Positions 29,352 through 40,001 of a stretch of DNA of 64,000 nt are shown here, piece by piece. This DNA comes from a virus. The stretch's first letter is position 1; each line of letters begins with the position of its first letter. A program made the position numbers and the translations under genes. Under the pieces are notes generated by a model, which saw only the letters and a list, made by a program, of their open reading frames with translations, had not been told where the DNA came from and ran no database searches. Location of the stretch: the IMG/VR virus record IMGVR_UViG_3300000176_000001, one strand, 5' to 3'.

Positions 29352-32300
29352 TCATGGACCACCATTATCGCCGCCCTCGGGGTCAGTTTTTCCTGTATCA
29401 GTTGAATCTGATATTATCTTTTCAGCAACAGTTTGCGATGTAACATTATCATCTTTTACAGTTTCAGCAACCTTATCTGCCGCTTGCGCGGCGTCTTGCG
29501 CGGCGAGTGTCGTCGTGAGAAGTTTTAGTGCATCACTATCTGAGATTCCAATTTCATTTGTATTTTGAACCTCGACTGTATTATTTTGAACATCATTACA
29601 ATTACACATATCATTTTTATTAACCCATGATCCATCAGGGCATTGTACCATAAAATTGTGATTAGGACTAACATCGGTAATATTAGTAGTATTAGCAGTA
29701 GTAATTGTGTTTGCGTCATTATTATTAATAATCACCACTCTAGTATTTGCCAGAGGCGCGGCTGTCACCTTTACTGACACTGCAGTATTACTGGTCACGG
29801 AGTGTACTACTTGACTATCTCCAACAGTTGTACTTATAACCTCAGCTTCTCTCGTATTAAGAATTTCAGCACCCTTGGATATAGATATATTTGATCCATA
29901 AAAATTACCAACAGCTGAAGTAGTAATAGCATCTGCTCCAGTTACTGGATCGGGCACATCAACCAACTTAAACTCAATAGTAGTAGATGTAAAAGTTTTT
30001 GCAGGTATTAAAAACGCAGCGTACAGAGTTCCAGTAGAGTCAGTGATAAGAGGCGATCCGCCTATCGCATCTTGTTTTTTTATTGCAGTTACTTGATTTT
30101 GACCAGGAACTGAGTTATCTTTAACAGTTATTGAGCTTTTAGTGTTACCATCGCCATATGCTGTTGATGAATTTGTACCACCAGTTCCTTGAGTTGTATT
30201 TACATATCCATCTAGAGGCATAACACACGAGTTAACGTCTATATCATTTGCAAAGGCATATACCCTTGTATTTGGCTTAAGCCCAGTAGCAGTTAGATAT
30301 GTTGTCATAGATTTAATATATGGTAATATGCTTAAATCTGTGACAAATGTTCCTAAATTATAACTATTATTTGTTACCGTAACACCAAGTTGTGTTCCAG
30401 TTCTCGTCTGCGTCGCGTCTGTCGTAGTAGTTGTTGTAGTATTATATGTATCAGTAACATTTCCATACTGATCCGTAGATGTTGCTGTTTTGGTAGCATC
30501 TCCAGTGGTAGAATTTGTTGCTGTATCAGTTGTAGTCCAATTATCCCACTTAGTTCCAAATGCCGTTGCTATATTAACAAAGTTAGAGGCTAAGTCAAGA
30601 TTTGTGGTCACATCTGGAGACTTAGTTATATCAGGTGAGAAGTCACCGGTTGGGTTAAAATCAATTCTTCCAGTATAATGATATATATTTCCTTCTATGC
30701 AATTTCTATACTTAGATGCAAATGGCTGACTTATATAAGGAACTTCATTATAGTCCAGGAGAACTAGCTCACCGACACTGACGACATTTTGGCTTTGCGT
30801 AGCATCAAAGACTATAGGAATGGCTGTTTGTGAGAACTTCGGTCTCATATTTTCTACTGGTTCTATCGATATATTATATGCAGGATCTTTTGTATTTCCT
30901 ATATCATGTCCCTTAAATGGATCAACTAAAATTCCATTTTGAAATCTATTTTGCCCAGTATTATCGGAGCGAACCAATAAGCTAGAAGCTGATTTTTCTA
31001 ATAGTGACAATGAAGTATAATATTCTAAACGATCTATTCGATTATTGATAGCTCCAATATCCTTCATTGTATATCTTTTATTTTGAGTCATAGAAGTAGT
31101 AATAGCATAGTCATATCTATCGATATTTTTTGCATACTTTGAACTCAATGAAGGATATGGTGGAACATTAATAATACCGATACCCATAGAACCATTTGGC
31201 TCAAGAGGCGCTGCAGGTGTATTTGATGGTATACCCTCTACAACAATTAGATCTCCGTTTTGTCTTATTACGGCTCTATCTTTTCTTCCTAGATAGTGCT
31301 GAAGATCGGATTCAAAATTACCATCCGGAGTTGGTATATAACTAGATGTATCAACATAAAAATTTAAATCGCTAGATGGATTAATAGTTGCATATGAAGC
31401 CCAATTAGTACTATTAGCACTGATATTTGCAGTATTATTAGCAAATGGTCTAAAATCTATACAGTCTCTAAGATCAAAAGTCGAAGGATTTCCTTTATAC
31501 TGCGGTATCATTTCGGTTTTTATAGAATTAGTATTTGCAGTATTAGTGTCGTCAACAGGATATGAGTTAGCAGTAAAGAATCCAACCCCCTGTGACATAT
31601 CAAAAGAGAACACATCCATATCAACTAATATTCTAGAAGTACTATTAAGTGGAATGCCGGCAGATATTAGATAAGAGAGACCATAATACGAGTCTGTCTG
31701 GCCTGTTGTATATCTAAATTTATCAACGACATCTGCTACAGTGTTAGAGAAAAACGCGTCGTTTACATAGATATGATTAATTCTATACATATCCGCCAGT
31801 CCCAAAGACCAAGGACCTGATGTAGTATTGAAGTGACTGGCGCAGTTAATAGCGACATACACGTTTCTCTTCATTTTCTTCATCATAGGAACAGTAGACG
31901 ACCTTAATACATCGAAGTATGCTACGGCATTAAATGATCCAGTAAGCTCCTCACCTAGAGTTATAGTGATAGATGTATTTGTAGATGTTACAGATCTTGT
32001 TATAGCACCAAGATTTATCGCAACTCCAGCAGGATAGATGGATTTATGTGTATTAGCTGTTGCATCCGAAACAAATGTCGAGGTTATATTCATAAACGCA
32101 TTATTGACAATCTGATTAATTTGTTGTGTCTCAGAATTAATGTATATAAACTCTCCAGAACTATAGTCAGTTAAAAATGTTGTTGCATTTCCTACTATAT
32201 TTGCTCCCGAACCACTTACTGATACTATACCTGTTTTATCAGTACTATATCCAGCAGTCGTTGGTATTAATCTTATCATGTTTGCTTCATTTTGACTATA

Positions 32301-33995
32301 AGTTCCTGTTGGTATTATAGACTCAGAAGCAGTCCCCTTAACTGTACCTAGATTTAAAGTCATAGAGCCAGTTACTAAGTTACTAAATGTTCCAGCAGCT
32401 CTATTTCTATAGACATACTGGGTATGATTAAATCCATCGAGCTTAATAGCTTTTTGACCGATTGGGAATATCATATTGCTATATACAGACTCTTCTAAAA
32501 AGGCTCCAGGGACTTGAATAAGGCCACCAGAGCTATTAGCAATAGCTCTAGATGTTGTCACAATGTCCGCTACACCTAAAAGCCCACCATTATATGATAT
32601 CATACTTTTTACATTAGAGAAGTTAAATCCTTCAATCATACCTATAGCAAATAGATAAGCTCTATACTGCGCGCTTGATGTGCCAGGGATACCGCTATCT
32701 AATATAAAACCCCTAAGATAAGCGGTTCCTATCTTTGTGCTTCCAGAATATCCAGTAGACAAATAAGTTCCACCAGACAATGAAGTCTTTGCAACACTAT
32801 GAAGCTCTACTTGTACTAGCGTGTCAGTGTTAAATTCTCCACAAACTTCATTAACATAGACATAGTTTCCATAATTAAGACTTACAGTCGCTGAGCTTAT
32901 AGACTCAACGTCTGTACCTTTTCTAAGGTCAACTTTATTATTGTTAACATATTGAACACGGTATCCTTCAACATATCCTAATCCAGAAGATGATACTAGA
33001 TTTACATTATTAGAAACAAATGGATCATTGTTTGCTTTCTCTTCTGTTGTTAGAACAAAAGGATATACGATATAATTTCCATTTGTCTCGTACGTGCGTC
33101 TAGCAAACTCATCCTGAAGAATTCCATATTGTGGATCATTCTTAATAGACACCGGTTTACCAGATTTAAAGTCACAGAGAGAGAAAAAGCTATTAGTATT
33201 AGACGTGTCGGCGATATTACGAATTGTAAGAGTAGGCACCATCTTCAAGCGATGTGCACCGGGAGCTGTATAGTTTGGAGATCCAGCAGCATTGTCATAT
33301 AATGAAGAGTCAGTATCTGCAGTAACTATACTTTCGACAGCGTCAAAACCTACAGATATACCATCTGGGTAATTATTATATTTTGAAATAACAGTAGTAG
33401 AAGGATTTACGGTTATAAAATAACCCTTTTTAAATATAACTCCGACCGTAGTAGTAAATGCATATCCATTTCCAGTAGCGTTAGCTACCGATGCTACTGT
33501 AAGATTTCCTATAGGAATTCCTTCTGATGTTTTCATAACTAAAGTATCACCCGGATCAAATGATCCTTGTGGAGTTCCATTTGTATACGCTGCAGTGGTG
33601 TTATACTTTAAATAGAGAGTATTTAAGTCTGGATCAGATGATTGATATCCCGATATACCATTAACTATTATAGCAGACAATCCATTTACATTTGTAGCCG
33701 TGGATCCAATAAAATCATTAATACTATTAAAGGCACTTCCATTAGCATAGTTATCATTAATCTTTACATAGGTATAATTGGTATCAAAAGTAAAAGCACA
33801 ACCTTCTACAACCGATCCGTCCTGAAAAATATGTCTACCAAATTTATCAATCTGGTCCTGCATAATAGTCTGCATCTGGTTAAGTTCTCGTGTTTGGAGA
33901 GCAAAACCAGGACGATATAATATCTTATAATAGTTTTTCGTACTATCATAATCATCAAAATATGGACTACGGGATAAATCTGTCTGGAGAGTCAT
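29352..33995 (-). CDS. VrlC/DUF4815-like baseplate-associated protein, N-terminal half
   Basis: TDLSRSPYFDDYD...YKILYRPG..LQTRELNQMQ; APGAHRLK; RYTMKDIG...RLEYYTSLSLLE; RFQNGILVDPF. Confidence 0.88.
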   Translation of the reverse strand: MTLQTDLSRSPYFDDYDSTKNYYKILYRPGFALQTRELNQMQTIMQDQIDKFGRHIFQDGSVVEGCAFTFDTNYTYVKINDNYANGSAFNSINDFIGSTATNVNGLSAIIVNGISGYQSSDPDLNTLYLKYNTTAAYTNGTPQGSFDPGDTLVMKTSEGIPIGNLTVASVANATGNGYAFTTTVGVIFKKGYFITVNPSTTVISKYNNYPDGISVGFDAVESIVTADTDSSLYDNAAGSPNYTAPGAHRLKMVPTLTIRNIADTSNTNSFFSLCDFKSGKPVSIKNDPQYGILQDEFARRTYETNGNYIVYPFVLTTEEKANNDPFVSNNVNLVSSSGLGYVEGYRVQYVNNNKVDLRKGTDVESISSATVSLNYGNYVYVNEVCGEFNTDTLVQVELHSVAKTSLSGGTYLSTGYSGSTKIGTAYLRGFILDSGIPGTSSAQYRAYLFAIGMIEGFNFSNVKSMISYNGGLLGVADIVTTSRAIANSSGGLIQVPGAFLEESVYSNMIFPIGQKAIKLDGFNHTQYVYRNRAAGTFSNLVTGSMTLNLGTVKGTASESIIPTGTYSQNEANMIRLIPTTAGYSTDKTGIVSVSGSGANIVGNATTFLTDYSSGEFIYINSETQQINQIVNNAFMNITSTFVSDATANTHKSIYPAGVAINLGAITRSVTSTNTSITITLGEELTGSFNAVAYFDVLRSSTVPMMKKMKRNVYVAINCASHFNTTSGPWSLGLADMYRINHIYVNDAFFSNTVADVVDKFRYTTGQTDSYYGLSYLISAGIPLNSTSRILVDMDVFSFDMSQGVGFFTANSYPVDDTNTANTNSIKTEMIPQYKGNPSTFDLRDCIDFRPFANNTANISANSTNWASYATINPSSDLNFYVDTSSYIPTPDGNFESDLQHYLGRKDRAVIRQNGDLIVVEGIPSNTPAAPLEPNGSMGIGIINVPPYPSLSSKYAKNIDRYDYAITTSMTQNKRYTMKDIGAINNRIDRLEYYTSLSLLEKSASSLLVRSDNTGQNRFQNGILVDPFKGHDIGNTKDPAYNISIEPVENMRPKFSQTAIPIVFDATQSQNVVSVGELVLLDYNEVPYISQPFASKYRNCIEGNIYHYTGRIDFNPTGDFSPDITKSPDVTTNLDLASNFVNIATAFGTKWDNWTTTDTATNSTTGDATKTATSTDQYGNVTDTYNTTTTTTTDATQTRTGTQLGVTVTNNSYNLGTFVTDLSILPYIKSMTTYLTATGLKPNTRVYAFANDIDVNSCVMPLDGYVNTTQGTGGTNSSTAYGDGNTKSSITVKDNSVPGQNQVTAIKKQDAIGGSPLITDSTGTLYAAFLIPAKTFTSTTIEFKLVDVPDPVTGADAITTSAVGNFYGSNISISKGAEILNTREAEVISTTVGDSQVVHSVTSNTAVSVKVTAAPLANTRVVIINNNDANTITTANTTNITDVSPNHNFMVQCPDGSWVNKNDMCNCNDVQNNTVEVQNTNEIGISDSDALKLLTTTLAAQDAAQAADKVAETVKDDNVTSQTVAEKIISDSTDTGKTDPEGGDNGGP

Positions 33996-34010
33996 ATGGT
34001 CCTCTGAACT

Positions 34011-37000
34011 TTAAAAACTAATTATAATCTTAACACTCTCTCTAGAGGTCGAATTGACCGTAAAGGGAGATAGATTTTCTAGATAAACTACATTTCCAGA
34101 ACCTCTTACAAGATCTGGATATACAATTGTATTATTTAGTACACTTTTTGCCTGTACGCCAGACGTTTGCCCAATAATATTTGCAGAGTATGTACCACTT
34201 TGGAATCTATCAATTCCAGCTACAGCATCTACGCCTGATACGTCATTGAGTACGATGACACTAAAGGCATTAGCTACAGTAGCAGTCTGTGTATGTGGCA
34301 AAGAGGTTATAGTGTCGCCATTATAAAAGCCATCTGTAGCGGAAGATAGTCTCATGTATGATGAATTAGCAAATGTTATAATTGCATGCGAGTTAATTTG
34401 ATTTACAACAGTATCACCGACTATAAACGCTCCAGTATTACCTGTAATTCCTTTTAAATCATAGTTTGTACTATTATCAATTACTTTACCTCTGGCATTT
34501 GTTCCGCCTTGAACTACCATCTCATAAAGATCAAAAGATCCTGTAGAAGATGTTATTGGGAGTCTAAGTGATTGATTAAATTTAATACCAAATATAGATG
34601 TAACATCTATAGTTCCATTAGAGGTATATATAGAGACAACATTTGCATATGCATTTGTCACAGGATCATAAGCAATATCATTGTTACTAAACTTTCCAGT
34701 AACATTAGTTAAATGAAGCTTAGTATTACTATATGCTGTAGTTATAGTTGCGGTTGATCCAGAAGTAGTCTCAGAGATCAACTCGACATTTGATAGCATA
34801 GAAAACATAGATACATTTGCATAATTAACATTTGCAGTGGCACCAGAATATAGACCAACTATATTATCATTGGCCATAGTACCATTTGAGAAATATCCAC
34901 CATTTGCAAATGGTAAAAATGCATTCTGTAGCTCCATATAAGTTGAGTTGCTATACACTACAGTTCCACTAGGACTGGTAGAGTTATTTTGAATAACTAT
35001 TTCATTGTTAACAAAAGTACCAGATACAGATGTTAAACCAAGTTGTGTTCTTGTAAAAGTATTAGCATCGAGATTAATTACAACATCGTCAAATAATGGA
35101 TTTTCTATTATTCCAATTTTACTGAATGTTCCAGCCATTGGATACTTATAAGACTCATTAGATGCGGTATTAAAATCTAGCGATATTCCAACATACCTTG
35201 CACCCAATTCAGCCTTTACGTCTCCCCCGTGTCCTATTGCAGGAGATATAACTGGAGAGACTACGGCACCATTTCCATAAAGTGTATTTGCCGTAATGTA
35301 TACATTTGCAAAAGTGTAACCGTATCCACTATTAACTACTGAAACTGACTCAATATTATATGGAGATATAATTATGCTCTTTATTTGCCCATGAACATTT
35401 TTATTGCTTACAAAATAATCTTTATTTTTGAAGAAACCATTATTAAACATTATGACTAGATATAATGGATTAACTTCTGTTACTATACCAACAGCTCCTG
35501 TTACTGTTTCCGTTATAGTGTCACCTAAATAGAAAGCCGCGCTTGAATTTGTATAATAAACCTTTGAACTTATACCTGGTGTAGTTTCTCCTATTCCACT
35601 GATAGTAGCGGTCGTTCCACTTTGATTCTTCATGATATCATTAACTCTAAACTCATTTAGAGTTGGTTGTATATACAGAACACTACTATTAGCATTAATA
35701 ATAATACCAGTAGATCCACCATTGGTATCAATTATGCTATCTCCAATATTAAATATACCATTTACATCTAACATATCATAGTATATCTTAATATGATTAT
35801 TAACAGTAGTATAGGCAATCATACCATTTCCATCACCGTCTATATTAACTGAAGGTGATATGATATATTGGGTTTGTGGATTTATAGAATTAAAATCAGA
35901 TATAAGATTTGCAGATCCATTAATTACTTGTAGATTTGCACTATTTCTAGAAAATATTGGTAATCCTAGAGTAAAATTACCTAGTTGTGACTTAATAGTA
36001 ATATTTGGATAAGCATCGACCGAGTCTATATGAGCTCTTTGTAAAGAAGAACTCCCACGTATATAATGATTTGTACTGTATATACTGTATACTGTTGCTG
36101 TCACACTAGTATTAGTTTGATCTATTAAAGCATCACCAGTGCCAAAATAACCTGAAACGTTTGATAGTATAAAGGTATTAGCCTCTGAAGATATACTTGA
36201 TATAATTCCAGTTGCTATAGTATTAGCATCTGTTATTTTATCACCCACTGTAAATGGTCCAGTATTTCCAGAATATCCCACCGTAAGTGAGTTATTTGCA
36301 GTTTCTCCTATAAATCCGTAGCCACTTATATCACTTAAAATTAAACTAGTACTATTTGCATATGATACTGTTCCATAAACACTCTGACTAGTATTAGATA
36401 TGTCGACAAGATCTACGCGCTCACCAACTATAAAGCTTTGTCCAAGTATTGATGTATTACTATATGTTATAACAGATCCATTTAAATTTGTATTTGATAC
36501 ATATCCATTAGCTTGAGACATAACGACAGAATAAGGTATAGCAGCGGTTGTTACTTTATAGTGTACATTTGATGTAAAAGAATTTCCAAATGGCAAATCA
36601 ACTTGAATAACACTGCTATTAACAGTTATAACGCGTCTTGTGTTTATATTTTGTGTATTTCCTATCTGTATATAGCTTCCAACTGCATAGTCTGTAGTAA
36701 ACGATGTACTAGAAGCACTATTAACATATATTGTCGTAGCGTTTGCAATATTAACAGTACCAGAAGCTATTGTAGGTGATTGTGTTTGACTTATTAAAGG
36801 ATATGCATTAGATCCTATCTGGAAATCTTTAAGAAACGATGATCCATCAACTCTAACAAGTTTTAAAACAGTAGAATTAGACGAAGCTACAGTAGCATTT
36901 GCACCAGTGTCAGATTGCAATACGATGTCGCCTTTCTGAAATGCACCGTTTTGATATATGAATGTAATGTCGTCTATATTTTGTGTTATTGTATCGCCTA

Positions 37001-37838
37001 GATTAAAAGTTCCAGTATTATTAGCTACATTTAGTGTAGTATATGAATCAAACGGCTCGTATACTGATAGAATCTTGTTAAGGCCATCATATTTTTTAAT
37101 TTTTCTAAGTTGACCAGCTCCAAATCCTGCTTTTAAATATATCGAAGATTCAGCATAGAGGTCATTTATCGAACTAGCCGATTTATCTATTACTAAATTA
37201 TAGTCATTTATAGGTTGTACAACATATCCGCTATAATAGGTAATATAACCAGCGCCCCCGCCCAGTAACCTAATCGCATCGATGCTCCCTGATACTGCAT
37301 TATTGGCCACAATTGGGTCTACTATCACAGGAATATAGTTTGGTGTACTAAAAGTCATATTATTAGCAGTGTCAATGCTATACATATACTTCCATGTATA
37401 ACCATCGGCAGTCTGAAAAGTACCAAATTTTGAATTTAGTGATGGCTTAACTGTGGATAAAGCACCATTAAAATTATCGATGCACTTATAAACTTCAAGG
37501 TTATCAGTTATGATAAAAAACTTCTTACTATATAGATCCGGAATTGTATAATCATAATAGTCATAAACAGTATTTGCCGTCCAAGTATATCTTGGAACCA
37601 TATATGATATGTGACCTGGAGTTATCTCTTTTCCAAATACAATATCTTTATATAAATCTAGCTCGTACTGCTCGACACTAGATATGGCAGTGACTGGACT
37701 TGTCGTTATATTTCCATTAATATCTAACCATGGATCTGGCTTTCCAACATACAAATAGTATGTTTTATTTTTAGATAATACATTGTTTACAAAAGAATCA
37801 ATGATATCTATATAGTGGTGTATAGTTAAAACTGCCAT
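34011..37838 (-). CDS. gp8: Baseplate wedge subunit gp8-like, greatly extended
   Basis: VPRYTW...VYKCIDN...TADGYTWKYMY...GHGGD..AELGA; C-terminal SGNVVYLEN...ESVKIIISF; many inserted GxFxxG(D/E) repeats. Confidence 0.85.
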   Translation of the reverse strand: MAVLTIHHYIDIIDSFVNNVLSKNKTYYLYVGKPDPWLDINGNITTSPVTAISSVEQYELDLYKDIVFGKEITPGHISYMVPRYTWTANTVYDYYDYTIPDLYSKKFFIITDNLEVYKCIDNFNGALSTVKPSLNSKFGTFQTADGYTWKYMYSIDTANNMTFSTPNYIPVIVDPIVANNAVSGSIDAIRLLGGGAGYITYYSGYVVQPINDYNLVIDKSASSINDLYAESSIYLKAGFGAGQLRKIKKYDGLNKILSVYEPFDSYTTLNVANNTGTFNLGDTITQNIDDITFIYQNGAFQKGDIVLQSDTGANATVASSNSTVLKLVRVDGSSFLKDFQIGSNAYPLISQTQSPTIASGTVNIANATTIYVNSASSTSFTTDYAVGSYIQIGNTQNINTRRVITVNSSVIQVDLPFGNSFTSNVHYKVTTAAIPYSVVMSQANGYVSNTNLNGSVITYSNTSILGQSFIVGERVDLVDISNTSQSVYGTVSYANSTSLILSDISGYGFIGETANNSLTVGYSGNTGPFTVGDKITDANTIATGIISSISSEANTFILSNVSGYFGTGDALIDQTNTSVTATVYSIYSTNHYIRGSSSLQRAHIDSVDAYPNITIKSQLGNFTLGLPIFSRNSANLQVINGSANLISDFNSINPQTQYIISPSVNIDGDGNGMIAYTTVNNHIKIYYDMLDVNGIFNIGDSIIDTNGGSTGIIINANSSVLYIQPTLNEFRVNDIMKNQSGTTATISGIGETTPGISSKVYYTNSSAAFYLGDTITETVTGAVGIVTEVNPLYLVIMFNNGFFKNKDYFVSNKNVHGQIKSIIISPYNIESVSVVNSGYGYTFANVYITANTLYGNGAVVSPVISPAIGHGGDVKAELGARYVGISLDFNTASNESYKYPMAGTFSKIGIIENPLFDDVVINLDANTFTRTQLGLTSVSGTFVNNEIVIQNNSTSPSGTVVYSNSTYMELQNAFLPFANGGYFSNGTMANDNIVGLYSGATANVNYANVSMFSMLSNVELISETTSGSTATITTAYSNTKLHLTNVTGKFSNNDIAYDPVTNAYANVVSIYTSNGTIDVTSIFGIKFNQSLRLPITSSTGSFDLYEMVVQGGTNARGKVIDNSTNYDLKGITGNTGAFIVGDTVVNQINSHAIITFANSSYMRLSSATDGFYNGDTITSLPHTQTATVANAFSVIVLNDVSGVDAVAGIDRFQSGTYSANIIGQTSGVQAKSVLNNTIVYPDLVRGSGNVVYLENLSPFTVNSTSRESVKIIISF

Positions 37839-37862
37839 CGATCTACCTAATAATCTTTCTTA

Positions 37863-37870
37863 TATTTATA
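37863..37870 (-). promoter_or_regulatory. T4 late promoter TATAAATA
   Basis: Exact match upstream of gp8. Confidence 0.75.
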
Positions 37871-37871
37871 G

Positions 37872-40001
37872 TTAATTCGAGAGTTCAAAATAAACAGGTA
37901 CAGATAATTGCTCATCTAAAGTACTTCTTATAGCATATTTTCCATATAAAGCAACCCCACTTGGATGTACTAGATCCTCAACGAAGGTTATATAGGTGTC
38001 AATCATTCTCTCTGCGGATATTTCATACGAGTAATTCTGATAATATTCACTGTCCTGTATGTAAATATTATCACTTGAAAATCCGCTATTGTTCCTATAG
38101 TACCCCTCTGATTTTCCTGTTAAATCTACTCCAGCTATTCCGTAAACAGCAACCGTATTTGTATTACTAGATAGAGTAATATACTCATCTCTTCTAAATC
38201 CATATCCAGAGTTCTTGATATTTATAGTTCTAACTACGCCATTTGCGGTTCCTGCCGTGCTAGTCACTTTCGCATCATATCCCCAATATCCGCCCTTGCC
38301 ATCTGGTATCTTTTGATCATATATTAATGGCTCAGTGATAGTAACTACAGGACTAGATGCATAGCCACTTCCTGGATTAATTCCATTTATATAAGCTATT
38401 CTTCCAATTTCTAAAGTAACGACTCTTAGAGCGTCGACTAACCTCGTATCTAAATTAACTTGCCCTAGAGCAGCCGGAAACACTCCTCCGTCCGGATTCC
38501 AATCAGTATCTCTGGTAACCGAAGTTACTTGAGCAGTCGTAAGACTGGTTACTCCAGTTAAAGTTCCGGTAGAGAAAAAGAAACCAACAGGATACTGACC
38601 GGTGTCATATGTAGCCGTAGCAGGAGCACTTGTATTTGGCTGATAAGTCCAAATTGCAGGATTTGTGCTATAAACGTGTAAAGATGTGCTATTTGATGCC
38701 GCAGTGTTTATAGTTCCATTTGCTGTAACTGTATCTTTATTGTGCCTATTCAAAACAGTAACTGAAATTCCAGTTATATTACTAACTAGTGTTGCGCCAG
38801 TATGAAGATCTTTATTATATAAGTTTGAACTATTTAAAGCTTTCTCAGAGCCAGTCGTGAATAATAAATTTCCATCTGCTCTATACACATACAATGCGTT
38901 TGGTCCAGTAATTCCTAAAGCCGTATTTGTTAAAGACTCTCCTGCATAAATTGTTGAATTACCAGGCATATTAGTATCTAAAATAAGACTATTTGCTGAG
39001 AATGTAACAACTTCATTTGGATTAAATGCATTTGTATTTCCAGTTATGCCTATATCATAGCCAGAAGTTTCTATATCCATATGAGTATTAATTGGTATAG
39101 TGTCAGTATATATCGATACGACCTGCTTATCTGCTATGGCGCCTATCTTAAATGTAGCTCCAGTTCCACCACCTCCTACAACAGAAATTATAGAATTAAC
39201 AGTAAAACCAAAACCGCCTTCAATTAAATTAAACTTAACTCTACCATTTAAATCAGAAACAGAAGCTACAGTCGCTACTGCTTCCATACCCTCACCATGA
39301 GCTACTAGTCTGTCTCCAACATTGTATCCATAACCTCCATTTACTATATTAACAGACGTCATTGAGCCAAATATAGCTGGAGAATTCTCAGATAAGTCTA
39401 CTATTCCTGGACTATATACTTTATCTCCAAACTTAAACTCACCTAATATGTTAGATAAAAATAATATATTAATAAGTTTTCCATTTACTTTCTTTTTAAC
39501 ATAGTTGTCTACTACAGCCTCAGCCCCAGAAGTGCTTCTAATAGGATTGCCGACTAATAGCTGCATCTCTGGATAATCAGAGACCTCTATGTATTTTGGA
39601 GCTACCCATTTTCCGTCAGAAGGCTTTAATATAAAATCACCAGGAGTATATAACTCAATATCTTCATTAAATATCATTCTAAATAAAAGCTTATAAGAGT
39701 TTTCAGTACCCTTAGAGTTATATAAGTCGGTGATGTGCTTAATTAATAGCTTTTTATCTGCTACAATATTCTCAGGTAAGTTATTAATATACTTATTCTT
39801 AAAATAAATTATAAATTTTGCTAGAGTATTATCAATATCACCATTATCTAAAAGTGATCTTGAATACCAAGTTACATTTCCCTCTTGCTCTAGCCACTCA
39901 TAGTAAGCTTTAACAAATGCTATAAAGTTTGGACCGTCACTCTTGTAAAATGACGGAAATTGAGACTCTATAAATGGTGAGATAATCTTTTCAATACTCA
40001 T
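37872..40001 (-). CDS. gp7: Baseplate wedge initiator gp7-like
   Basis: QFPSFY...FVKAYYEWLE...YNSKGTENSYKLLFR; C-terminal IQDSEYYQNYSY...LVHPSG. Confidence 0.8.
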   Translation of the reverse strand: MSIEKIISPFIESQFPSFYKSDGPNFIAFVKAYYEWLEQEGNVTWYSRSLLDNGDIDNTLAKFIIYFKNKYINNLPENIVADKKLLIKHITDLYNSKGTENSYKLLFRMIFNEDIELYTPGDFILKPSDGKWVAPKYIEVSDYPEMQLLVGNPIRSTSGAEAVVDNYVKKKVNGKLINILFLSNILGEFKFGDKVYSPGIVDLSENSPAIFGSMTSVNIVNGGYGYNVGDRLVAHGEGMEAVATVASVSDLNGRVKFNLIEGGFGFTVNSIISVVGGGGTGATFKIGAIADKQVVSIYTDTIPINTHMDIETSGYDIGITGNTNAFNPNEVVTFSANSLILDTNMPGNSTIYAGESLTNTALGITGPNALYVYRADGNLLFTTGSEKALNSSNLYNKDLHTGATLVSNITGISVTVLNRHNKDTVTANGTINTAASNSTSLHVYSTNPAIWTYQPNTSAPATATYDTGQYPVGFFFSTGTLTGVTSLTTAQVTSVTRDTDWNPDGGVFPAALGQVNLDTRLVDALRVVTLEIGRIAYINGINPGSGYASSPVVTITEPLIYDQKIPDGKGGYWGYDAKVTSTAGTANGVVRTINIKNSGYGFRRDEYITLSSNTNTVAVYGIAGVDLTGKSEGYYRNNSGFSSDNIYIQDSEYYQNYSYEISAERMIDTYITFVEDLVHPSGVALYGKYAIRSTLDEQLSVPVYFELSN

